DNA of 64,000 nt from an uncultured Candidatus Saccharibacteria bacterium. Lineage in GTDB: Bacteria; Patescibacteriota; Doudnabacteria; UBA920. The DNA is taken from contig CAZHER010000001.1 in NCBI GenBank assembly GCA_964532005.1, positions 55,502 through 119,501 of the forward strand. The letters run 5' to 3'. The notes below the pieces were generated by a model. It was not told the DNA's origin. It did not search any database and saw only the letters and a program-made list of their open reading frames with translations. Positions 56,551 through 64,000 of the stretch are shown in pieces (within the stretch, counting starts at the first letter, position 1; each line of letters opens with the position of its first letter). The position numbers were made by a program, and so were the translations under genes.

Positions 56551-57567
56551 ATGAAATTACTTGTTACCGGTGCAGCCGGATTCATTGGTTCAAATTTTGC
56601 AAGGTATTGGGCAGAAAATTATCCTCAAGACGAAATGGTGGTTTTAGACAAGCTTACCTATGCAGGCAATCGCGCCAATCTAGAACCACAACCCCAAAAT
56701 CATACTTTTATTGAAGGCGATATTGCCGACGAAGCCATTGTAAGAAGGGCCATGCAAGGTTGTGATACTGTAGTCCATTTTGCCGCCGAAAGTCATGTCG
56801 ACCGAAGTATTACCGATCCTTATGTTTTTACGCGCACCAATGTGCTCGGAACCAATGTTTTACTCGAAGTAGCCAGACAGCTAGGTGTTAAAAGATTTCA
56901 TCATGTTTCAACCGATGAAGTTTTTGGAGCGATTCCTTTGGACCAAGCAGTTAAATTTAACGAAACCACCCCATACGACCCGAGCAGCGCTTACTCTGCC
57001 AGTAAAGCAGGAAGCGACCATTTAGTGCGTGCATATAGCAGAACATATGGTTTACCAGTTACCATAAGCAACTGTACTAACAATTATGGTCCTTACATGT
57101 ATCCAGAAAAATTTATACCGCGATCCATTATCCGGTTGCTTAATGGAGAAAATGTTCGATTGTATGCTCCAGGAAATCAAGTTCGCGACTGGTTGTTTGT
57201 CCGTGACCACTGTCGGGCCATTGACTTGATTTTGCAAAAAGGAAAAGTTGGTGAAACTTACTGCATCGGCGGGATGACCCAAGAAATTACCAACAAGCAA
57301 GTGGCAGAAACTATTATTCGTCTCATGGGTTTGCCAGAAAACAGGCTGGAAATGATTACCGACCGTCCTGGTCATGACGAAAAATATGCGTTGGACTGGA
57401 GCAAAATTAACACCGAACTTGATTGGAAACCAGAATACGACTTTGAGGCCGGCCTCAAAGAAACAATAGGTTGGTACACTAATAACCGCCAATGGTGGGA
57501 AGAAACTGCCCGAGAAAGCGAACAGTTTTACCAGAAAAAAGGCGAAGCTGTTATAGAACAAAAATAA
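56551..57567 (+). CDS. rfbB: dTDP-glucose 4,6-dehydratase
   Basis: GAAGFIGS Rossmann motif. YxxxK (YSASK). Typical 338-aa length. Confidence 0.9.
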   Translation: MKLLVTGAAGFIGSNFARYWAENYPQDEMVVLDKLTYAGNRANLEPQPQNHTFIEGDIADEAIVRRAMQGCDTVVHFAAESHVDRSITDPYVFTRTNVLGTNVLLEVARQLGVKRFHHVSTDEVFGAIPLDQAVKFNETTPYDPSSAYSASKAGSDHLVRAYSRTYGLPVTISNCTNNYGPYMYPEKFIPRSIIRLLNGENVRLYAPGNQVRDWLFVRDHCRAIDLILQKGKVGETYCIGGMTQEITNKQVAETIIRLMGLPENRLEMITDRPGHDEKYALDWSKINTELDWKPEYDFEAGLKETIGWYTNNRQWWEETARESEQFYQKKGEAVIEQK

Positions 57568-57577
57568 TTTTTTAGAA

Positions 57578-58144
57578 ATGAAAGAAGAAAATTCACAACC
57601 GGAAGATTTTATTACCAACACCGAACTTCAAGATGTATTGGTAATTTCCAGGCCAACATTTCCAGATGACCGCGGATTTTTCCGTGAGTCTTTCCGCAAA
57701 GCCGACTTGGAAGCCCGTCTAGGGGAAGCGGTGGAATTTGTTCAGGCCAACCATTCAAGGTCAGTAAAAAATACTTTGCGCGGGGTTCATATTGCTCCAT
57801 GGCATAAACTGGTAAGTGTAACGCGAGGTGAAGTGCAGGCGGTAATTGTAGATGCCCGTCCAGACTCACCGACTTTTGGCAAACATTTTTCTTTGGTGAT
57901 AGGCGACTCTAACCGGTCTTCGATATTTATTCCAGCTGGGTGTGGCAACTCATTTGCAGTTTTAAGCGACGAAGCAGACTATACATATTTAACAACTGAC
58001 TATTGGGCTCCAGGAAAAGAGCACAGCGTAAAATATAATGATCCAGACTTGGCAATACCTTGGCAAATCACAGAGCCCGTTGTGTCTGACCGCGACCAGT
58101 CATGCCCGTCTTTGCGCGAAGTATATCCCGATAAATTCAAATAA
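57578..58144 (+). CDS. rfbC: dTDP-4-dehydrorhamnose 3,5-epimerase
   Basis: Cupin-like RmlC sequence (RGVHIAPWHKLVSVTRGEV...), 188 aa. Confidence 0.85.
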   Translation: MKEENSQPEDFITNTELQDVLVISRPTFPDDRGFFRESFRKADLEARLGEAVEFVQANHSRSVKNTLRGVHIAPWHKLVSVTRGEVQAVIVDARPDSPTFGKHFSLVIGDSNRSSIFIPAGCGNSFAVLSDEADYTYLTTDYWAPGKEHSVKYNDPDLAIPWQITEPVVSDRDQSCPSLREVYPDKFK

Positions 58145-58148
58145 ACTA

Positions 58149-59072
58149 ATGAATAAAATTTCCGAAACAGGAGACAATTCTGTAATTTTGGGAGCTCATG
58201 GGACTTTGGGGCAGCAGCTGGCCAAAGTTTTTCCCAAAGCCTTGACTTTTGATCGGGCCGAGCTTGATGTAACCGATTTTTCAGCAGTGCGCGAAAAACT
58301 TTCCACAATCCCAAACTTGGCAACTGTTTTTAACTGTGTTGCATGGAATGATGTAGATGGTGCAGAAACCAATCGCGACGGAGCTTTTTTGTTAAATGAA
58401 ACTGTGCCTCGGTATTTAGCTGAAATATGTAAAGATTTAGGCGCCACACTTGTACATTACAGTACCGGCTTTGTTTTCGATGGCACAGAAGAAAGTTATA
58501 AAGAAGATGCACAGCCGAAGCCCCTTTCTGTCTACGCGGAGTCTAAATATAAAGGGGAACAGGCAGTAATAAATTCCGGAGCTGATTACTACTTAATTCG
58601 GACCAATGTTTTGTTTGGACCGAAGGGGAAAAGTGACGCCAGCAAACCGGCTTTTGTAGATATTATGATCGGCCTCAGCAAAAAAACCAACTTAATTAAA
58701 GTTGTGGAGGACGAAGTATATAGTATAACCTATGCTCCCGATCTGGCTTCAACAACTAAAAATTTGTTGCTCGAACAAAAGCCAGTAGGTGTTTATCATA
58801 TTGTAAACTCGGGTTATGCCAGTTGGTACGGCTTGGCCACGGAAATTTTTACAAAGCTCGGCTTTACCATTAGCACCACAGCTCCTGCCGAAGGCACGGA
58901 CACAACCCCCGATGGAAAGCATATTGCTTTATTGCCCGTTGCAGGAAAAGAATTTCCCCGACCGGCCAAGCGTCCTGCCAAAGTGGTTTTAGAAAACACC
59001 AAACTGCCCAGTTTGCGCATGTGGCAGGAAGCTTTGGCAGAATATTTATCAACTAACAATAGCAATTCTTAA
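58149..59072 (+). CDS. rfbD: dTDP-4-dehydrorhamnose reductase
   Basis: RmlD-like Rossmann protein. Start taken at the ATG at 58149, just after the rfbC stop. Confidence 0.8.
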   Translation: MNKISETGDNSVILGAHGTLGQQLAKVFPKALTFDRAELDVTDFSAVREKLSTIPNLATVFNCVAWNDVDGAETNRDGAFLLNETVPRYLAEICKDLGATLVHYSTGFVFDGTEESYKEDAQPKPLSVYAESKYKGEQAVINSGADYYLIRTNVLFGPKGKSDASKPAFVDIMIGLSKKTNLIKVVEDEVYSITYAPDLASTTKNLLLEQKPVGVYHIVNSGYASWYGLATEIFTKLGFTISTTAPAEGTDTTPDGKHIALLPVAGKEFPRPAKRPAKVVLENTKLPSLRMWQEALAEYLSTNNSNS

Positions 59073-59077
59073 TTTTT

Positions 59078-59830
59078 ATGAAAGGCATCATTCTCTCTGG
59101 CGGTGCAGGCACCAGGTTATTCCCGCTCACCAAGGTAACTTCAAAACAACTTTTGCCGATTTATGACAAACCGATGATTTATTATCCATTGGAAAAGTTG
59201 ATAAACGCAGGGATAAAAGAAATTTTGATCATAGTTGCACCAGACCATTGCGGCGATTATATGCGCGTTTTAGGCAGTGGCAAAGATTTTGGTCCGGGCG
59301 TTCGTTTTACTTACGAAATTCAAGACAAGCCCGAAGGCCTAGCCCAGGCTTTTATAATTGCAGAAAACTTTTTGGATGATGGCGACAGCTCAACTTTAAT
59401 TTTAGGGGACAATATTTTTGATGATGAAATTGTTGATGCTGTAAAAAACTTTGAGTCTGGGGCAACAATCTTTGTCACTAAAGTCCCCAAGGAAGATTTA
59501 ACCAGATTAGGCAATGTTGTTTTAGACAAAGATTGGAATGTGTTGGACATAGAAGAGAAACCCAAAAACCCGCGGTCGCCTTATGCCCAGCCGGGGATTT
59601 ATATCTATGATAATCAGGTAGTGGAAGCGGCCAAAAGTTTGAAGCCATCGGCAAGGGGAGAACTGGAAATAACCGACTTAAATAATTGGTATCGAACCAA
59701 TAGCAAGTTGAAAGCAGTTGAACTAAAAGGAACTTGGATAGATGCCGGTACTATAGATGCATATTTTGAAGCCAATTCCTGGGCTTACAAAAAATCCAAA
59801 TCAGATTTGGCCGCTAAAGGCTTAAGCTAG
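59078..59830 (+). CDS. rfbA: glucose-1-phosphate thymidylyltransferase (short form)
   Basis: GGAGTRLFPLT nucleotidyltransferase motif. 250 aa. Confidence 0.85.
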   Translation: MKGIILSGGAGTRLFPLTKVTSKQLLPIYDKPMIYYPLEKLINAGIKEILIIVAPDHCGDYMRVLGSGKDFGPGVRFTYEIQDKPEGLAQAFIIAENFLDDGDSSTLILGDNIFDDEIVDAVKNFESGATIFVTKVPKEDLTRLGNVVLDKDWNVLDIEEKPKNPRSPYAQPGIYIYDNQVVEAAKSLKPSARGELEITDLNNWYRTNSKLKAVELKGTWIDAGTIDAYFEANSWAYKKSKSDLAAKGLS

Positions 59831-59865
59831 AAAAAACCCCCAAAAATAGGGTATTAACCAAGGAC

Positions 59866-59894
59866 TTGACAAAAAGTCATTTTTGTGTTAATAT
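59866..59894 (+). promoter_or_regulatory. consensus-like sigma70 promoter (TTGACA-17-TAATAT) overlapped by a 9-bp inverted repeat
   Basis: ttgaca at 59866-59871, a 17-nt spacer and taatat at 59889-59894. The inverted repeat gtcattttt (59876-59884) / aaaaatgac (59907-59915) and a direct repeat aaagtcat flank the -10. Confidence 0.5.
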
Positions 59895-59945
59895 ATAAAG
59901 TCATATAAAAATGACACTTATAAATTACCCATTATATTAAATTTT

Positions 59946-61376
59946 ATGACCAATAACGTATCAAACAAGCAGAAAATAGAGTTCACTCCGGAAACGGCAG
60001 CTATGTTTGGCGTATCTGAGCACAAAGAAGCTACCCCAATAGATACAGAAACCATGGTTCCTGCTAATCTGCCAATCATCGATGCTGTGGGCACTACCGA
60101 AAAAAGCGAAGTTGCCGAACTGGCTGAATTGCCACATGAAAACCTTGATATGGAAGAAATCCAGCCAATTCCAGAGACTCCAGCTAATTCAAATTCAAAA
60201 GCTCGCGCAATATATATTGCCAAGTCCGTGGCGCCATATTTGGGAATTTTTCTTGTTGGTATTTTCTTGTATCAATACTTTTTTTCCGATTTTTCAGTAG
60301 GTAGTTTTATCAAAACCAACGACACTGCTACTGTTACCCAAACACAAGCCGAAGTCAACGAACGTTTGGTTGCGCTGAAGCAGGAAAAAGCTGGTGAATA
60401 CGCTAAGTGGATCAAGCAATTCTTTTATGAAGTTACAGATCCCGCAGTGATAGAAATGGACAATGATATTTCCGGCAACGGCTTGACTAATTTTGAAAAG
60501 TTCATGCTGAACTTAAACCCAAAGGCATATGACACTTTGGGGCTGGGTCAACCAGATGGACAAACAGTAATGGATGGAACTAACCCTTGGACCGGTAAAC
60601 CGATGACGGACAATCAGAAAAAAATTGTTGAACTATATTTTGACAGACAACTGATTTCTAACCGTCTTGCTGCAGGTAGTTTAAAGCTTGCTCAAAATAG
60701 TATTGCCAACGCCAGCGGTTCTCCAAACAACAACGGCTATGAAAATCCAAGTAACTATTCTTTTGTCGATGGCACGGGTACGGTGGGTGCAACTAATTCA
60801 GCTTCTAGTTCAGGCGGTGGTCAAGTTGCCGGAACTTACACCAACCAACCCCAGCAGATCTTGGGAACTTCTTCAACAGGATCTACGAGTACCGGTCAGG
60901 GAAGCGCTTTGCAGGGGCTGGATATTAACGCAGACATAGCCGGAGAGCTAAGCATTCCAGCAAATGGGATTAAAGCCCCTTTGGTTTTCACTAAGGACAC
61001 GAAGAATTTTGAATCTGATCTGACCAAAGGTGTGGTTCATTACCCTGGAACTGCAATGCCCGGTTCGGTAGGAACAGCATATATATCCGGCCACTCAAGT
61101 GGATATTCTTGGCAACGTAATGCATACAAAAATATTTTCCGCGGTTTGAACAATGTTAAAGATGGAACTTCATTTACCATTACAGTTACTTTAAAAGATA
61201 ATCGCAAAGCGACTATTCATTACGTGGTCCAGACCAGAAAAGAGTTTGCTCCAAATGACCAAGCTCAGTTTGTGCAAACTGCCGAGGCCAGAGTAGCTTT
61301 ATCTACTTGTTGGCCACTGGATACAACTTCTCGTCGTTTGGTTCTGTTTGCAAAACAGACCCAGGTAAGCTTCTAA
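59946..61376 (+). CDS. sortase-family transpeptidase with a long N-terminal extension and membrane anchor
   Basis: The C-terminal domain carries catalytic-triad-like H (YISGHSSG), C (ALSTCWP) and R (TSRRLV). N-terminal TM helix (LGIFLVGIFLY). Confidence 0.6.
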   Translation: MTNNVSNKQKIEFTPETAAMFGVSEHKEATPIDTETMVPANLPIIDAVGTTEKSEVAELAELPHENLDMEEIQPIPETPANSNSKARAIYIAKSVAPYLGIFLVGIFLYQYFFSDFSVGSFIKTNDTATVTQTQAEVNERLVALKQEKAGEYAKWIKQFFYEVTDPAVIEMDNDISGNGLTNFEKFMLNLNPKAYDTLGLGQPDGQTVMDGTNPWTGKPMTDNQKKIVELYFDRQLISNRLAAGSLKLAQNSIANASGSPNNNGYENPSNYSFVDGTGTVGATNSASSSGGGQVAGTYTNQPQQILGTSSTGSTSTGQGSALQGLDINADIAGELSIPANGIKAPLVFTKDTKNFESDLTKGVVHYPGTAMPGSVGTAYISGHSSGYSWQRNAYKNIFRGLNNVKDGTSFTITVTLKDNRKATIHYVVQTRKEFAPNDQAQFVQTAEARVALSTCWPLDTTSRRLVLFAKQTQVSF

Positions 61377-61402
61377 CACATAGATAAATGGGCTATAATA
61401 TT

Positions 61403-61434
61403 GGGATTCCGCTAATCTGGAATCCCTTTATTTT
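61403..61434 (+). terminator. rho-independent terminator
   Basis: Perfect 8-bp stem gggattcc/ggaatccc with an 8-nt loop, followed by tttatttt. Confidence 0.7.
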
Positions 61435-61495
61435 GGCTTATTTTAAAGAGTTTTTTGTGTGGGGCAGGCAGATTTATGAGGCTTTATTGGGGGTC

Positions 61496-61524
61496 TTGAC
61501 AAAATATAGGAAAAGTGATATAAT
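61496..61524 (+). promoter_or_regulatory. consensus sigma70 promoter (TTGACA-17 nt-TATAAT)
   Basis: Exact hexamers at 61496-61501 and 61519-61524. Confidence 0.65.
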
Positions 61525-61530
61525 ATTAAG

Positions 61531-61767
61531 TCATGGTTGAAAAGGGCAGAATTCAGGTTTTACAAGGGTTTCGGGTAGATTTTTGGCCAACTTCCTTAAG
61601 GAAATGGACAGAAATGTGCCCGGCATTCGCGCCGCGGCCTATACGTGTAGGCCGTGAGCGCAAGCTCAACGGCACGTAAGATATAAACGTTAACAGCAAA
61701 ACGTTTCTGGTTTTTTGACAAAGATGACCAATGCTGAGGTCGTCAGATGGATTGGAGGATCCAAAAA
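61531..61767 (+). promoter_or_regulatory. long (~240 nt) GC-rich structured 5' leader with an internal terminator-like hairpin (candidate attenuator/riboswitch, class unknown)
   Basis: Lies between the consensus promoter and the RBS/ATG at 61768. Contains the hairpin cggccta-tacgtg-taggccg. A 7-bp hairpin aaacgtt/aacgttt (61685-61706) is followed by ctgg and T6. Confidence 0.35.
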
Positions 61768-62565
61768 ATGAAAAAATTTTTCGCAACAATCGTAACATTG
61801 GCAATCGTTCTGTCTTTATTCGTTCCAGCCGTCGCACAGCGCGGTGGCACAGCTTCCGCGAAGACCTTTTTGGGTCAGGAAAAAAACGTTTCGATTCGGG
61901 TTGCCGGAGGCTTTGCCGATGGTAATTTGACCCGCCGTTTAGCGGCACAGGAATATCGAATGAAGTCAGGTAGCAAATGGGCGTTTACTGCTGAGGGTGA
62001 CGGCGAGGACTTTGTCATCGTCATTACCTGCAAGATTGTGAAGAATGGGTCGAGAACCCAGACGGACAATTTGCAGAAGGCAGTGAATAAGAACGCACGG
62101 GAGGAGATCAATCAGACGCGCCGGGCGACAGGCGAAGCAAAAGAAAACCTTCGCCGAAACATACCCCGTGGTCCTAACGGAATTCTCCGCGACCTCGGTG
62201 GCGAGCTAGGCGGTATCTGGATTGAACGGCAAGGCAACAAAAGAATTCAGCAACAGGAAGACAGGATGCAGTCGGATCGCTTTTCACAAGAACGCAATGA
62301 CGTAATTGTCACCGTTCAGTGGATCGTTCCGGGAACAACAAAGCCGACTCATGAATGGGTTGGTAGCGGTGTTTTACATCGTGGTACCCGTGACGAATTC
62401 GGGATTATTAAGACCAAAATCGCCGACAACACGTTGGCTGAAGATGGTCTGCCAGAAGGAACGGTCATAACTGACCGGTCCTATCAGGGCATTGCCGAGA
62501 TCGCTTTCAAAAGAGCAATCAAAGAAGAAGGCGGATCTTTCCCAAATCAAACAATCGGACGGTGA
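61768..62565 (+). CDS. secreted hypothetical protein (signal peptide), GC-rich, likely horizontally acquired
   Basis: GGAGG RBS 10 nt upstream of the ATG at 61768. Signal-peptide-like MKKFFATIVTLAIVLSLFVPAVA. Much higher GC3 than flanking genes. Confidence 0.55.
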   Translation: MKKFFATIVTLAIVLSLFVPAVAQRGGTASAKTFLGQEKNVSIRVAGGFADGNLTRRLAAQEYRMKSGSKWAFTAEGDGEDFVIVITCKIVKNGSRTQTDNLQKAVNKNAREEINQTRRATGEAKENLRRNIPRGPNGILRDLGGELGGIWIERQGNKRIQQQEDRMQSDRFSQERNDVIVTVQWIVPGTTKPTHEWVGSGVLHRGTRDEFGIIKTKIADNTLAEDGLPEGTVITDRSYQGIAEIAFKRAIKEEGGSFPNQTIGR

Positions 62566-62597
62566 CCGCCGTCCCAAACCACAGACTAGGAGATTAT

Positions 62598-63776
62598 ATG
62601 AAACAGATGAAACTAAGGGCGGTCATCACGATGTTGACTGCTTGGGCAATCGTTATGTCGTCGCTTTCGCCACTTATGGTGCGCGAGGTGTCGGCTCAGA
62701 CCAAGACTGCCGTCGTTGAAGGCGAGTTAGATCTAAATAAACTCAGAAAACTCAGCCCAGATGACCCGGCATACTACCGTTCGCCGAACGTGCGTTTTCT
62801 CTCAATGAATTTTAACAAGGCACAACGCGCGGATTTCACTTACCTTGTCGGTTCTTCGCCGCAGATTCGGGGTGGTGCAAAAACACAACCTCAAGCTGAC
62901 GAAGAGGATGTTCCGAACGACCGCGTTCGGGATATTGAGACAATGTCTAAGGGCATGACACTTTCCATTGTGAAATTGCCGACAGAAATGCCGGTTCGCG
63001 ATGCGGAAGGAAAGATTGTCCGTGCAAACGGCAAGGTTGTCATGGAACCAGTTATGGTTCGCCAAAAGAAAGGTTCGGGACAGTTACTCATGGTTTTGAA
63101 GTGTGCCAATTGGTCACGAGAGGTCGGATATGATCCGATCCCACCTCAACCAATTGACAACACCTGTAGAGACTTTAACCCAAACCCCACCCCGACGGCG
63201 AATCGAAACGATAAAGGTGAGATCATTTCCTATTCTTACGACTTCGGCTGTGGCAATAAAGCTACAGTCGCCGTTGAAGTGAGAAAAGAGAAAGAGGTTT
63301 GCAATTGCACTCCTGGGTCTTACACACCCACTCTTTTCAATCGCGGGAAGGGGGATGAAACCGCTAACGTGTCAAACATTGCCTCAATGAAGGAGTTGAA
63401 GAGCAGCCCTGCCTTTACGGTTAAGGAAGCTCTGATAGCTCGTTTCGGCGAAGCGACCATGACGAACGGCAAAGACAAGGATTGGGAGTTAATTCTCCGA
63501 GAAATGGATAAGTTCAAGCAAGGCATCGCAGATGTCCGGCTGAAATATTTATATCTTGAAGTTGACCTTTGTCCGACCGCGGCGGGAACGAACAATGTTC
63601 TCTTTCACGCCATTGCCGATGACGATCAGCCGCCGATCGTTAAAAAGCGGAATTGGGGAAAGATCCTTAAATGGGTCATTCCGATTATCGTCACGGTGGC
63701 GATAATTCTCATTGTGCGGGGTGGTGGAGGTTTGAAAAAGCCGATACCTATTCCACCGAGAATCACACCTCCGTGA
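62598..63776 (+). CDS. secreted Cys-rich hypothetical protein with signal peptide and C-terminal TM anchor, GC-rich
   Basis: AGGAG RBS upstream of the ATG at 62598. Signal peptide (MKLRAVITMLTAWAIVMSSLSPLM). About 10 Cys. C-terminal helix VIPIIVTVAIILIV followed by RGGGG. Confidence 0.55.
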   Translation: MKQMKLRAVITMLTAWAIVMSSLSPLMVREVSAQTKTAVVEGELDLNKLRKLSPDDPAYYRSPNVRFLSMNFNKAQRADFTYLVGSSPQIRGGAKTQPQADEEDVPNDRVRDIETMSKGMTLSIVKLPTEMPVRDAEGKIVRANGKVVMEPVMVRQKKGSGQLLMVLKCANWSREVGYDPIPPQPIDNTCRDFNPNPTPTANRNDKGEIISYSYDFGCGNKATVAVEVRKEKEVCNCTPGSYTPTLFNRGKGDETANVSNIASMKELKSSPAFTVKEALIARFGEATMTNGKDKDWELILREMDKFKQGIADVRLKYLYLEVDLCPTAAGTNNVLFHAIADDDQPPIVKKRNWGKILKWVIPIIVTVAIILIVRGGGGLKKPIPIPPRITPP

Positions 63777-63860
63777 TGGTTGATTTTCATTTTTTTGATA
63801 TAAAGTTCGCTCCTTGTTGTATGACCAGCAACAAAGGGTTACCCTCAGGGAGCGACTCTA

Positions 63861-63901
63861 GAACGCGTATGATCTTTCGAGGTTGTACGCGTTCTTTTTT
63901 T
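63861..63901 (+). terminator. rho-independent terminator
   Basis: 9-bp stem gaacgcgta/tacgcgttc followed by T8. Confidence 0.7.
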
Positions 63902-64000
63902 GATTTTGCTAGGTTTTGTAACAAAACTTGGGTTTAGGTCGTTCTATAATTATAGAGGGCAAGAGAAATCGCTTGCTTTAGGAATATTTGGTATAATATG

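Noticed and set aside
61553-61948. 131-aa minus-strand ORF spanning the promoter/leader and the start of the secreted-protein gene
   Set aside because: It overlaps a consensus promoter, the structured leader and a signal-peptide-coding region on the opposite strand. It is GC-driven.
59946-63776. LPXTG-type sortase substrates among the adjacent secreted proteins
   Set aside because: Neither 61768-62565 nor 62598-63776 ends with an LPXTG-like motif followed by a hydrophobic stretch and a basic tail. The second has a plain C-terminal TM anchor.

Overview
This is a low-GC (roughly 36-40% by eye), gene-dense bacterial window. Several features fit a reduced Candidate Phyla Radiation / Patescibacteria-like genome: many hypothetical secreted and membrane proteins, an archaeal/eukaryal-type ProRS and an archaeal-type UMP kinase. 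That placement is inference, not proof.

Layout, left to right:
- 1-10.7 kb: a Gram-positive-style type IV secretion / conjugation-like module. It has a VirB6/TrbL-like polytopic protein, two unknown proteins, a PrgI/VirB3-like small membrane protein, a VirB4 ATPase split into two adjacent ORFs, an unusual repeat + membrane + M15 (VanX-like) peptidase fusion, and a membrane-anchored DsbA-like oxidoreductase.
- 10.7-15.4 kb: a beta-propeller secreted protein, radA and recG.
- 15.4-18.3 kb: tRNA-Arg(CCG), tRNA-Ser(TGA) and tRNA-Ser(GCT), all on the minus strand, bracketing an ECF sigma / anti-sigma pair.
- 18.3-23.6 kb: comFC, clpC-like ATPase, recX, htpX, lemA.
- 23.6-24.5 kb: a consensus promoter + terminator unit (candidate sRNA), then a GC-rich island with two small RBS-led ORFs and a terminator.
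- 24.5-46.3 kb: gatCAB, miaA, holB, frr, rseP, proS, mreBCD-mrdA, folD, greA, lysS, serS, murF, an ftsQ-like gene and pyrH.
- 46.3-59.8 kb: a large envelope glycosylation locus. It holds two GT39/83 ArnT/PMT-like glycosyltransferases, a processive GT2, a GT4 WecA-like transferase, rplU, two more GT2 genes, a GC-rich single-domain NDP-hexose 2,3-dehydratase-like gene and rfbBCDA.
- 59.8-64 kb: a sortase-like protein, then a consensus promoter with a ~240-nt structured leader driving a GC-rich two-gene secreted-protein cassette.

No rRNA, CRISPR array or transposase was recognised.
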